IMG/VR virus record: IMGVR_UViG_3300008113_000144
Span: 28,981 to 92,980 of that record
Direction: 5' to 3' (one strand)
DNA length: 64,000 bases
Origin: a virus
Shown here: one piece after another, positions 48,408 through 61,300 of the stretch
Layout of the letters: each line of letters begins with the position of its first letter
Numbering within the stretch: the first letter of the stretch is position 1
Translations under genes and position numbers: made by a program
The notes under the pieces: model-generated
The model's database searches: none
The model's input: only the letters and a program-made list of their open reading frames with translations
Told to the model about the DNA's origin: nothing

Positions 48408-49958
48408 TTATATACTCCTAACATCTTGCCAAGATCCAAAAGCAGTAGATCCAGCTGGTTTGATTCTAACTTGAGCATTAGAGTTATTTGTTTGTACTTC
48501 AACATCAATTTCAACATCATCTACAGTCAATGGAGCGGTAGTAATATATTGATCAGGTGATCCAGCTATAGTATCAATATCTGGATAAGGCACTTTATCA
48601 TCATAATTTGAAATATTAAATGTTTCATTTACATCAGGTGCTCTTGTTGTTAATGTAAAAAATCTTCTTACTGTACCAATATCAACATAAAATTGAGAAG
48701 AATTAGTTAATCCAGATGGGTCTGTATTGAAAGCTGGAGAAACTGCTCTAACCCAAACATTACCATTAGGAGATATTAACGTGGTGCTAGACCAACTTGA
48801 ATTATTATTAGATACTTGTACGCCAGGACCACCATTTACTGAAGTAACCATATCTATGCCTTGAATGGTGCCAACAGAAATAGTAGTTAATGTATTTGGT
48901 TCTAAATTAGTTTGATTGGGAACAGTATAACTTGTTGGTGTATTGTCATTAGAAACTTCTACTGTTACTGATTGAGTTACACAAGTAGATCCAGCACAAG
49001 CTGTTAAAGTATAAGTTTTAGTTGCTGGAGAATTAGACCCCACTACTGATTGTAATCCCGTATTAACAGTGGTCGATCCATTGCTACTAACAGCTCCAAT
49101 TCCTTGATCAATAGTAACTGAAGTAGCGTCAACTGTAGACCAACTAAGCGTTACATTTGTATCAGGTATTCCATCGTTGCCACTATTTTGTGGATTTGGA
49201 GAATAAGAAAAATTAGTAATTTGTGGTGTTACTAATTGGTAATCAATTTGAATAAATGGAGTTCCAGAATTTAAAGAATCGCCACTAATATATTGTAAAA
49301 CAGATGAATTATATCCACTAGAACCACCAGCACCACCGCCGCCACCTCTATTTTGGTCGATACCATCAAATCCACCACCACCACCTGGGCAGCCGCCACC
49401 TCCACCGCCGCCACCACCGCCGTCATAACCAGCACTGGTTCCATTTCCTCCATTACTTAATCCCCCAACTGATGTTGCCCATCCACCAGCGCCTTGACCA
49501 GGAAAAGCATTTGTATCCCAAGAACCTCCGCCTCCTCCGCCTCCGCCTCCAGAGACAAGGATAGGTGTTCCTGAATTATTTAATATACCAGTAGCGCCTC
49601 CGCCTCCGCCTCCGCCACCAGAATATCCAGTGCCATCTCTACCAGCAGCGTTGCCTCCAGTACCACCAGAAGCTAAACCACTACCGCCACCAGCACCACC
49701 ACCATATCCTCTAGCATTATTAGCTCCATTGCTGCCAATAGCACCAATAACGACGGTGATATTTCTATTTACAAAATTAGTAATATATCTAAAAACACCT
49801 CTTCTTCCTCCAGCGCCAGGACCACCAGAAGCGCCACCATCAACGCCACCATCACCACCTCTAGCACCAGCAATAGTAATAGTTACAGCATCAGCATTAC
49901 TTGGAATGCTAACAGCAGAAGTATTAGTATAAGTATTACTTACGTTAGTTCTAGCCAT
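48408..49958 (-). CDS. Tail-associated structural protein with Gly-rich domain, paralog 1
   Basis: Poly-Gly N-domain; shared C-terminus FGSWQDVRSI. Confidence 0.75.
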   Translation of the reverse strand: MARTNVSNTYTNTSAVSIPSNADAVTITIAGARGGDGGVDGGASGGPGAGGRRGVFRYITNFVNRNITVVIGAIGSNGANNARGYGGGAGGGSGLASGGTGGNAAGRDGTGYSGGGGGGGGATGILNNSGTPILVSGGGGGGGGGSWDTNAFPGQGAGGWATSVGGLSNGGNGTSAGYDGGGGGGGGGGCPGGGGGFDGIDQNRGGGGGAGGSSGYNSSVLQYISGDSLNSGTPFIQIDYQLVTPQITNFSYSPNPQNSGNDGIPDTNVTLSWSTVDATSVTIDQGIGAVSSNGSTTVNTGLQSVVGSNSPATKTYTLTACAGSTCVTQSVTVEVSNDNTPTSYTVPNQTNLEPNTLTTISVGTIQGIDMVTSVNGGPGVQVSNNNSSWSSTTLISPNGNVWVRAVSPAFNTDPSGLTNSSQFYVDIGTVRRFFTLTTRAPDVNETFNISNYDDKVPYPDIDTIAGSPDQYITTAPLTVDDVEIDVEVQTNNSNAQVRIKPAGSTAFGSWQDVRSI

Positions 49959-49964
49959 TTGTTA

Positions 49965-50749
49965 TCAAATTTTGATAATAAATTCTACCATCATATAAGG
50001 CGAAATAGCAGTATCAAGTTTTTTAACATTTTCTGTTGTAATAATAACTTCACTCTCTAAGCCATCTGCTGCTATTTGAGTGTTAAAGAATTGATAAGAA
50101 AAAGTTGTATTATCTTTTAATTCTGCTGATGCTGGTAATTGTATTCCGTGAGTGTGATCTACAGTAAATCCAGCTCCATCTGGAGGTTCAATTGTTACAA
50201 GAACGTTTGATCCTTCTGTTTGAGCGTCATTGCCCCCTTTTCCACCACCACTAAATTGAATAAAAGAAGAATCAGTCCAATTTCCTAGGTAAGTAAATAC
50301 ACCAACATCAGAATCATGACCGTGAGCCTGGAAATTCCACCATATCTAATTGTAACAGAATCTCCAACCAGAGATTGTACAATAGTTTCAGCACCAACTT
50401 TTAATGTTGTTTGATCTTGATCTAGAGTAGTATTTAAATATTGTCCAGATGAATTAGCACACCTAATATATTTTGATCCTAAATCTGGTAATTGAAATTG
50501 ACTGTCAGTTAAAACATCAGGATCTTTAGCAAATTTACAATTTTTGCCAGTTCCTAATACTGCTGCCAATTCTGGATAAACATCCGCCGAAAGAATGCTA
50601 CCATCACATCTTAAATATCCTGCTGGCAAAAATTGTCTCCATTCTGCTTGATCTGGTATGTTTACGTCTGGCAATTTAATCATAAAAGGCATGATTAATC
50701 CAGTAATTCCGCCAAATTTTGCTTTTTCTCTAGTGTAATACTTAGCCAT
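49965..50749 (-). pseudogene. Tail-collar-domain fibre protein split by a frameshift near 50336
   Basis: PAGYLRCDG...YPELA..LG...FQLPDL in frame A; -1 frame continues NFQAHGH...DHTH...SPYMMVEFIIKI*. Confidence 0.8.
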
Positions 50750-50750
50750 A

Positions 50751-52361
50751 TTAGTATGCTCTAATTAAATTTGTTACTGATAAAGATGGCGAAGTTAAAG
50801 TAAAAGCTATTTGTAAAGCTTCTGGAACATTATCAGGAATAACATTTGGCTGACAATCAACGGAAATAAAATCTTTGATATTTAAATTTCCTGGATCATA
50901 TGTAACTAAAAATTCTCCTTCATGATCATGTGGCTCAATAACATCATTAACAGTAGCATCACTTTTACTTGTTACAGTGAAACTAACAGCAGCATTATTG
51001 TAAAGAGTTTTTTTGAAATTATCTGCTAAATCGCTTCCGCTACCGCCAGAGTCATAGTTTGGCTGTTTAATTGGAGAAACATCATCAGAAAAAGGAAGAA
51101 TACTATTGACGTTTAATCTTCCCGTGCTTCTGATATTTATCAAGTCTGCTGTTTCTGTTTCTCCTGATGATTTTGTTCTCAACTTTTTAGCTGATGTAAA
51201 CCAAGGTTTTCCTACACCATGAGAAGCAGAACTTGTTTGAATTGGTGTATGAGTTCTTGCTGGTTTTGATCCACCAATAACCGCCAAAGCATATCTACCA
51301 TATCCTTGAGTAAATGGACTATTAGTTGATCCTACAGTGGCGTCATTACTATTTTCTCCAGTTTGATCCCCCCAATAATTAGCAATACCAGTGCTTTCTA
51401 AAGGACCATCTGGATCACAATTATTATTGAAACAGAAGTCATTAGGACATCCATTGTTTTGTCTATAAGTTTGTGATAAGAAGATCTGTGGATTGTCCCA
51501 AACACCGACACCAGTTCCAGGTTGAGTGTCAGAATCATTTTTATTAATTGTTTCGTATGTTCCTGGGTGAACGTGTTGAGGCATATGATTTCTGCCTAAC
51601 TTACGAGGAACAACGTAAACAGATCTTACATCAAAACCACCAATAAAAGTTTGACCTTCAACTGTTCCTTGGAAGTATGAATTACCTATAGCATCAACTG
51701 TAATAGTAGCATCTCCACCTCCCCCAATAAGAGAACCGCTAATTGTTAAAGTATCTCCTTGTTCGTACCCTTCTCCTTTATCTTTAATCGCTACAGAATA
51801 TGCTCCATCACTTCCAACAATTACATTAAACAATGCTCCTTCTCCAGTTCCACCAGTAGCAGAAATATTTTTAAAGATTTGAGTGGAACCGCTAGCAGTT
51901 CCAGATCCAGTTGCTGTATAAGAAGCAATAAATCCATCTGGATCTGGAGTATAAGTAAAATTAATATCAGTTGTGGCAAAGAATGATGTTGGTGGTCCCA
52001 AGTCTCCATCATCTCCCATAAATTCAGTAACTATATTAGCAGCAGCAGTATCATCAATAGAAGAGGGAGCGATACTAGCACTGGCATTAAAATGCTCTGG
52101 TCCAATATCAGCAAGGGTTTTCTGATTGACAATTGGCAATCTAAAAGTGCCTTCATACTCTGGAAATGAGCCCCCAAATCCAGTACCACCGTAACTATCT
52201 TTTAAAATTCTAGCTAATAAAGGATATTCATCAGCTCTCAATTCAGCTCCGTTACACAATAACCATCCTTTTGGTATTCTTGTTAATTGCCCAGTCCAAG
52301 GCATTACCGAGCCTATCGGCAATGCCTTTTGTGTTCTTACAGCGTTGTAATTTCTTGGCAT
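50751..52361 (-). CDS. Tail-collar-domain short tail fibre-like protein
   Basis: PIGSVMPW...IPKGWLLCNG...YPLL...FRLP; HxH motifs; ends LIRAY. Confidence 0.85.
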   Translation of the reverse strand: MPRNYNAVRTQKALPIGSVMPWTGQLTRIPKGWLLCNGAELRADEYPLLARILKDSYGGTGFGGSFPEYEGTFRLPIVNQKTLADIGPEHFNASASIAPSSIDDTAAANIVTEFMGDDGDLGPPTSFFATTDINFTYTPDPDGFIASYTATGSGTASGSTQIFKNISATGGTGEGALFNVIVGSDGAYSVAIKDKGEGYEQGDTLTISGSLIGGGGDATITVDAIGNSYFQGTVEGQTFIGGFDVRSVYVVPRKLGRNHMPQHVHPGTYETINKNDSDTQPGTGVGVWDNPQIFLSQTYRQNNGCPNDFCFNNNCDPDGPLESTGIANYWGDQTGENSNDATVGSTNSPFTQGYGRYALAVIGGSKPARTHTPIQTSSASHGVGKPWFTSAKKLRTKSSGETETADLINIRSTGRLNVNSILPFSDDVSPIKQPNYDSGGSGSDLADNFKKTLYNNAAVSFTVTSKSDATVNDVIEPHDHEGEFLVTYDPGNLNIKDFISVDCQPNVIPDNVPEALQIAFTLTSPSLSVTNLIRAY

Positions 52362-52362
52362 C

Positions 52363-55300
52363 TTAGATTTCCATTAACCACCAACCTTGTTGTGATGGAG
52401 GAGCACCAGTAGTAGTTCCATCATAATTTAAAGCTCCAATATAAACTAATCCAAGTCCAGCATTTGGAGATTGTACTACTAGTTCACCACCATTATATGT
52501 AGAACCGATAGCAGGTCCTTGTCCAGAATTTGTGCTATCACCTTGTACACGAACACCAGTAGGTGCTCTAAATCTCAAGGAGATATTGTAAGTTAGGTTT
52601 CCGCCAACATCAACTACTCTAATAATATCACCTGTTGTTGGACTTTGTGGAAGTTTAATAATTGTATCAGCACTAGGAGCAACAAAGTAATTTACATTAG
52701 ATGTTGCTTCAATAACATCTTCGCCACCACTTACATATACCCACTTTCTAGCACCAGATGGAGTAAAGAATCCAGTAACTCCAGCAAAATCCATTGATCC
52801 ATCATTGCTGATTTCAAATAGTTTTTGCTCTAAAGTACCACCATCTCCATCGCTAACAATCTTATTAACTGTTAAATCACCACCATTAATCTTAACATCT
52901 CCAGAGAAAGTGCTGAGACCAGTTCCTTCAACAGATAGAGTTCCAGAAATTGTTAGGTTTCCAGTGCTATTCTGTAGGAATAGTTTCTGACCATATACAA
53001 GTCCTCCGTCTCCATCATCAACAGGGTTGTTGTCGGTGATTAGTAAATTACCACCTCTTAGTGTAGTGTTGGATGTAGCTCCATCAACTGTAAATCTATC
53101 ACAGTTGGCTCCACCAATTCCAAGATCACCAAAAATACATGTATCACCAGTAGCACTATCAACAGCAAATCTTTGGCTAGTTCCGTTAGTAATAACTAAA
53201 CGTTCTTGATTTGTGGTTGTTGACCCAATTAAAGTAAACGTCTTGTTTACATTTAAAGTTCCAAGGATGTCTGTGTTGCCAGTGGTAGAATCTACAACAA
53301 ATACTTCAGTTGATGGATTACCGCCATCATTAATAACAAATTTCTGATTTGTTGTTTGGTTAATAGAATTTACATTCGCTAATTCTCCATCACTAAATCT
53401 TAAAATATCACCAGAAATTACGGATCCACTGAATACCCCAGTTTGAATTGTTTGAGTAGTTCCAGAACCTGGATTGTTTAATCCATTTACTTCATTAATG
53501 TAGCTAACATTTTCAGCTAACGTGTACTTAACAAGAACAGCATTATCTGGGTGATCTGTTCTTAGGTAACGATAAGTTCCAGTAGATGATCCTACATTTG
53601 GACCAGGAACCAGTTGTTGATCACCAGTGAGAGCATTTCTTGCTCTCTTGACTTTAATTCTTAGTGGTAGATCAGAAATATCATTTAAGTTAGTTAACTC
53701 AATAACTTGTACAAGTTCACTGTACTGTTCGCCAACTGGAGAAGCTGTAGTATTCTGACCTGTTACTTGAACAGAACGATCAATAAGAACATAATCACCA
53801 ATACCAAATTGATTGAAGCTTTCTTCACCAATAGGTAAGAAGTATTCTTCTGGATTAGCTGGGTTAACCTGATACTCACTTCCACCCCATAGTGATAGAC
53901 CTTGAGTATCAATGGTTCTTTCAATTTCAACTTTCTTGAAGATATCGATATTTAAATTATCAATATTTCCTCGATCATGTAATGTAGTTGGAGTTCCGAA
54001 TGAACCTCTTCTTACTGTAAAGGCACCAGCATTTAGACCACCAATTAGAGTAATATCACCTTTAACTTCAGCAGCGTTTTCAACAACGAGAGTGTTGTTA
54101 ATGGTTGTAAAACCACCAGCACCACCAATCTCCAATCTGGTAACAGAAGTAGCAAAATCTAGAGTTGATACGTTTCTACTGAACATTTCAAGCTCTCTAG
54201 AATTCGTTTGGAATTCTGAGAATCCAGTACCAGGAGGATTGTAAGTACCAATAGAAAGATTACCATCAATTTCAGTATATCTGTTTTTGATGTTGAATAA
54301 GCTTTCTACGTTACTCAATTTACCATAAGCACCACCCATTCTAATAATGCTGGTGTTAGTGCTGGTTTCAGATACAGTACCAATATCAATTAATGAATTT
54401 GTAGAACCACTATGAATCCAAAGTTCTGTAGTTGGAGCAAATCTACCAACGTTTACTACTTGAGTATTAGAAACATTACCAATATTGATTGTCTGATCTT
54501 CATTTGTAATGTTACCAATGTTTAGTTCTTCAGCTACACTGAAAGCATTAACACTAGTAGCAATTGTATCAAGAAGATTGAAAGCAGTGCTAGTAGTGGT
54601 TAGCGATCCACCATTAACTGCTAAATTAGATTCTAGCTTTAAGTCATTCGTAATTCTAGCATTACCTTTGACTACAAAGTTTCTATCTAATTCAGATAAA
54701 GTAGTGTTAATACCAATTCTACCGCCAGCATTTGAAGCGGTTCCTACAGTTGTTGAGGCAACACGTAAAACAACTTCATTTTCTGGAGTATTTACTCGTG
54801 GATCAAAGCCAACAATGAAAGCATGATCAACTTTATTAAATGTTCTATTTGCTAGAAGTGGATTATCAATAAAGTTATTTGGAGTTGTGCTTAGAGTTCT
54901 GCCACTAATAAAAGCATTACCAACTACGTCTAAGTTTGCTCTAGGATCAACTGCTTCGGATACAAATCCTTCTAGTTGATCTCCATCACTACCATGCTTT
55001 GCTCTAGAAAGAGTGTTAATTCCTAGCTTAAAGTCACCGTAATTGTTGGTGTTTGTTCTGATTGTTTCAGCACCGAGAACACCAAATTCTTTCCATGAAT
55101 TTCTAGAAATTTCAATCTTCCAATCGGAAGGAATGATAGTTGGATCTTCTACGCTAGTAGAAATAATGAATGGGGAAGTTACTTGGAACTTGTTAGTAGT
55201 AACTGTTCCAACAGTTCTTAAACCATTTAGATTAGCAAATCTTCCAGTAAATCCAGTAATTTTTAGTTTAGAACCTTGTACAAGACCAATATCAGAATTA

Positions 55301-58300
55301 GTTACTCCAACTTTTAAAGTAAATTCAACAACGTTTGAACCTAGAGCAGTTACAGTAAATACACTCTCGGTTACTTCATCATAGAAATTGCTGAAAATCC
55401 AACCAAGAGATCCAGTTTTATCTACTTGATTTCCTTTCAATAAAATATCGCCAGGAATTGGATCAACAGAACCAAACTTAACATTCAAGCCAAGAGTGCC
55501 TAGCTCTTGATTTGGTGTATAGTTTGATGGAACATTACCATTAGTTTGGTCTACATGAGTTCTGATGCTGTAGTTTTGACCACTTAAAGCAGTATTTCCT
55601 CTTGGGTTTAACGTAAAGATAGCAGAATAAATGTTATTCTTGCTCAATACAATATTTCCTTCAGAAGGAATATCACTGAGAGCGAAGGTAGCACTATCTA
55701 GCGTTACATCTTCTCCAGCGGCAGAATTTAAGTTAGAAACTACAGTTAGAGCGAATGGCTCCTGTGGTTCTACATTGATTGTAACTGGATTATTGAAGTT
55801 GGCATCGCCATCTACAGTAATATCTCTTTCAAATACTACAGGTAGTTCAAAAGTAGTTACTAGACCACCGAGATCTCCCTCTTCATCATCAGAAGAAACT
55901 AGCTCAGCTTTTTCAAGGAATGTTTCCTCACCAGTAATAGCATTGATCTTTCTGTTACCAATATAAAGATCACCATTAGAGTTTAGACCAGTGTAGAATA
56001 CAATACCGCCATCTTCACGCTTAGACTGAGCATAGAAGTCTTGGATGTCCGAAAGAACAACTTCCTGACGTAGTGGGAAACCAGTAGAGTAGTTACCAGG
56101 ACCGAAGCCTAAGTATTCAAACGTGTGGTTTCCAGAACGAGCGATAGATGGTCTACGAAGCTCTACATATAGTCTATTTTCAGTTGGATATGGAGAATCG
56201 CCAGAAATAGGAATTAATCTATCTTCAGAACCAGAAGTAGCATTTCCAGGCTGAGCAGTAATAGCGTTTGAAACATAATCATATCTTTCTAATGCTGGGT
56301 TGTTAACAAGATCAATAACAACTTCTTTTGTTTCGCTATTCTTTGAATCGTTTGTTGTTACAAGACCATGTACAAAGTTATCAGCAGCACAAATTGTAGC
56401 AGGAACATCAGTGATTGATGTATCTCTAGTTCCATCTGGTCTTACTTGGAACCAGAGTGGATCATTCTTATAATCTAATGGATATAGCTGAGAAATTGGC
56501 TGACTAAACTTAAAGTTTCTAAAGTTTGTGCCAACACCAGGACCAGTTGGGTATGGAGAAATATTACCCTTGATACAGGTTAGATAGTAAATACCAGCTT
56601 GCTGGTTAGGAATACGACGCTGAATTTCATCAATGTCAAAGATGTAGAATGAATCTTCAATTTCGCCAGCATCTTCAACAGAAATAATTCTGTACTGAGT
56701 GCTATCATCGTCTTCGATGATATCGCCAGGAGTCATTGTAAGGACATTAGCATCCTTAATGCTGTATAGGTAATCTTTTCTATCCGACTTACTTAGGGCA
56801 TTGTCTGGGCTTCCAACACTGTTTTCTTTTGCTTGTAATGTAGCAAAGATTACAACAGCATTTCCGTTTCCATCAACTACTGGCTCACCATCATTATCTA
56901 ATACAGGTTGAGTAAACACTGTGTCAACAAGTGAATTGTACTCGATTCTCTTGTTGTCGTCAATATTTTTGATGATTAAGTAATGCTCATCAGTTCCATC
57001 TACTGTGAAGTAACCTTGTAAGTAACCAGCTCCAGCAGAGAAACCAGACCAAGTAATTCTATTGTTAGATACACTGCTTAGTGTATTAAATCTAAACGCT
57101 CCTCCCTGAGGAGCATCAATTTTGACAGTAGTAAATTTCTCGTTTCTTAGCTGATCATTAGTAATACCATAATCAAATACAGTTAACTCAATATAATTTG
57201 AACCTTCTACTTCTACTTGTCTAGCAGATTGAATGCTGAACGATACCTTACTCTGTGTCTTATCACTATCAATTACCTTAACTTGATTGATATTGTAAGG
57301 ATCATAAGCAAAATTAATATCTAATTGATCTTTTGGAAGACCTAGTTGCTGAGCGATTGTGCCACCAGTTGGTTGCTGTACTTGAATTTCAAAGTAAGCA
57401 AGATCAGGAGATCCAGAAGCAACAGGAGCAAGAACAATTTTTTGAGGAAGAAGTCTTCTAGTTTCGTCAGTTCTTGCTTTGAGAACAAATCCATTGAGAG
57501 GATCACGAACACTCTGAGCATATTCAGGAATTACATAACGTAGACGATAAATTCTATCTTGAGCTGTTCTACCGTCCTTAAGTCTCTTGTAGAATGTATT
57601 CTTACTTCTAGCGTCTTTTAATGTATCGCCTAGTTCTTGTATTCTGCTAATGATATTAAATTCGTTGCTGATCTCATTTTTAGTATTAATATACCACTGA
57701 CCAGTTGTTGTATCATCATTTACCAAGGAAGCGTCAAATTTTACAGGGCTTTCTCTCTTATCTGAGAATACATAGAAGTTTTTACCAAATCCAGGAGTAA
57801 AGATAATTCTAGGAGTACCAGAAATAGCTTCTGCTGGAGTATAGAATAAAGCAAAAGTCTTAGGAGTTACAAATCTAGCATAGTAATAGGTGTTGATGTC
57901 AATTGGCTCAGTGATGCCACCATTTGTAATCTGTGGTAATTCAGACTCACTTGGATCACCAAATGTTCTGAAGAACACCTTATGTACAGTATCAGCAGAA
58001 GCAGGTACGTCAAAGATGTGTGGTACATCAGTCTGAATTACATCAGTTTGACCAGAAATAAAATTACATAGGTATTGATGTAGATCATAAGTATCATCAA
58101 GAACATACTGCTGTAGTTCGATCTCTACTTCGGGATCAACAGAATCTGTTTCTGACGAATAGATGTAGATACCAGCGGCAGCATTTTCTTTTGTCCTAGC
58201 AAGCATGATCTTAGTAGATTCATCAGGACCAAAAGTATTTGGATACTTTGCTTCATCCGAATAATCTTCTGGTGAAGTAGCTCTACCAGGAGCAATTACA

Positions 58301-61300
58301 TAGTAAATTGTGTTTGTCTCAAATCCTCTAGGAAGTCTGATAACTCTCTTATCTGGATTTGTTCCCTCTCTTGCTTTTGGTACAAGACGAACTGGAGTGC
58401 CAGTTTCAAATTTATGTGGGTTAGAAGTTCCACCACCAGTATTAACTGTGAATAGAGTAGCTCTAGAAGCAAGATTAGCAGTATCTAAAACTGGTTCTAC
58501 TCTGGTTACATTATTAAATTCTGGTTCAACTCTATTGATTCCCGTTAAATCTCCAGGATCAGCATCTGTTCCAATTGCTTGAGTTAAAATGCCTGTAAAG
58601 GTAGTAATAGAACTAGCAACATCAGCACAATCATTTGCTGGATCATATACTCCAGGCTGCCCAGAAATATCACCAATGACAGTATTATCAATTACTTGAG
58701 ATAGATTGTGATCACCTTCAATAGTAATCACTTGATTTCTCATTGCCTGAATGGCAAGATCTCTTACTTGAACATATACTTCAATAGCTTCAGATCTTTC
58801 TCCAGATAGAATGTTTGGCTGAAGTACATATTCTCTAGAGAAATCATATACATTATTATTACCACCATACTTAACATTATAAGCAATGGCATCAACATAA
58901 AGTCTTACATCATCAATAAATTCTGGGTAGAAACTAGACAAGCTAAATCCAGAATTATTAGCCAACATTCTGTCAATTGCTTCTTGTACAATCAACTCTT
59001 TGTTTGAAATAATTAAGTTAGAAGCATCAATTTCCTTACCTCCCAATGGAGTTAAGCCTTGGTTAAGGATTAAGAAAATATTTACAAAGTATTCTTGAAT
59101 AGCGTTAGCAACGTTAGAACATTCAGGATAACCATTTCCTTCAGTTGGTCCCCAGGTACTTACATCTTGAACTAAAGTATCATCCTTAATTGCTGGTGTT
59201 GCTGCCCAAGTTCCTTGTAGGTTTGAATCGCTATCTAAAGTATTTGAAGTCTTTGGTAATTCAAAATAAAGATAAGCAGAAGAAGAATTTAGGTTAGCAG
59301 GAACACTTAGACCTTGATCTAACTTACTTCCAAGATTACCTAATTCAATTCTAGTAGCATCAATAATTCTCTTAACATATACATTATTTGGAATTACTGA
59401 ACTTACCTGAACTGGGGTAGCACCAGGATTTAATTTGCCATTTGTAAAATTAGTGGTATTGTACTCATATTGAGTGACCTTCATACCAACAAGAATACCA
59501 CTAGTATCTCCAATATCTACAATAGAAGATCCTTGAGTGGTGATACAATTTCTGATGAGATAATCATAATTTCTCATCGCTGCTATACAAAGGTTCTTAA
59601 CGTAATCTAACGCTTCGATAGTTTCGTTAAGTTCATTTGGAATATAAGCTAGCTGTCCGCCAATATAATAACCTTCGGCAGCTTGAATAGTATTGATATT
59701 TCCACCAAGTCTCAAGTCTTGTACAACAGCATCTACAAAATAACCGATATCTCTTTCACACTTAGAAATATTGATTGTTGTTTTAGTAGAAAGTTCTGGA
59801 TACTTTTGAAGGATGTATCCATAAGCTTCTTGCTGAATAAATGTCTTATTAGTTTCAATAATATTAGAAGCATCTTGTGCTCTATTATCAATTAAAATAC
59901 CATCAGGATTTAAAGTTTCTAAAGATGTAGTATATCTCTTAAATCCATTAGGAGTAACTGTGGAGAAATAATTCTCTGTTGTTCCTGAAGGAGACTTTAA
60001 TTTTAAGTAAATTTTCTCGTCTGTTTTAGCACCAAGTCTATAGCCACTGATTGATGTCGATGGTCTATCAAAAGGACTATAAGCATCATCGCTACCATAA
60101 TATAGTTTAGTTTGGTTAGAAACATCTTTCGATGGCTGTAAAGCAATCGAGTAGTATTTTAGATCTATTTCATTAAAGGCGCTATCATCAATTTCTTTAA
60201 CTGGAATAATATCAGTAATGTAACCGCCCTTGTCTTGGTTAAAAGCAAAGCCTTTGAAACCAATAGCATGTAGTGAAGTATTACCAAAGTTAGAGTTAGA
60301 GTTGGTGATCGACATGTCACCACCAGACTCCATCAAGAAGTGATCAAAGAAGCCTACAGCGAATACCGAAACACACTGAATGAAGGCGTCATCAGAAGCA
60401 CGGATGTGGAAGTTTCTCCAATCATCCTTCCAATAAGCATCGCCCTTGGTGTGATAAGGAATAGTAGCAAAAGCATCAGTCAGTGATGCCTGGTTCCAAG
60501 TGTTAGAGAATTCATCATAACGGATAAATGCTCTGTCGTCTCTCTGTAGAGATACGCCCGTATACTGGGCAACAACCATTGACTTGAATCCAGTTGCCTT
60601 AGATCCGTCTGCCCACATGCCACAGAGACCCCAGGTGGATCTGATCGAGCAGTTGAAGACGTATGGAGAAGCAGATTCTACAGAGTCGATTTCAGCCTGT
60701 GATCTAGCACTTAGATTTAGAGATGGAGTGGTAGAATTGCTATAACCAGTTTCGTTAATATCAAGACCTAAAATTGCTGGTGTTGTAGTAACTTCGTACT
60801 CAAATACTCTAGGATCTTCTTGGTCTACAGCGGTTACTTTAAAAGTACCGTTTAGAAGATCATTTAGACCATTATCTACAATAGCAACATACTGATTTAC
60901 GAAATATCCGTGAGCAATTTTAGTAGTCGCTACAATAGTAGTTCTTGAAGGGTTAGAAGATTGCTTTAAACGAAGATTTACAATGCTTCTAGTATCAGAA
61001 AGTGGACCAACAATTCTGTTTTCTTGGGGAAGAGCCTCTAGATCGCCGTCATCAATAGTTGGCTGGAATAGAGCAAAAGCAGTAGCAACTTTATCATAAT
61101 ACAAACCAAGATCGTCTGTATCAGCATAAGTCATGATACAGATTTTATGGTGAGAATACTCAGGTACAGCTAATTGAGTATTGTTACCTTTTTGGAAATA
61201 AACTTTACCAACTCTATCGTTGCTATCATAAAGCGGAGAATTTTCAGAAAGATCACCATCTTTAATGGTAAACTGCCATAGATAGCAACCACCAGTTAGG

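Noticed and set aside
49320-49870. CCGCCACCA-type tandem repeats
   Set aside because: Explained by poly-glycine coding in a tail protein
45909-49958. DGR or invertase shufflon acting on the tail paralogs
   Set aside because: No reverse transcriptase, adenine-specific TR/VR pair, invertase or inverted cassettes seen
43680-50345. Programmed ribosomal frameshifting or splicing at the two tail-gene breaks
   Set aside because: Shifts are in opposite directions, there is no X XXY YYZ heptamer, and sequence appears missing rather than inserted; resemblance of TTTCCAG/G to a spliceosomal acceptor is irrelevant in a phage
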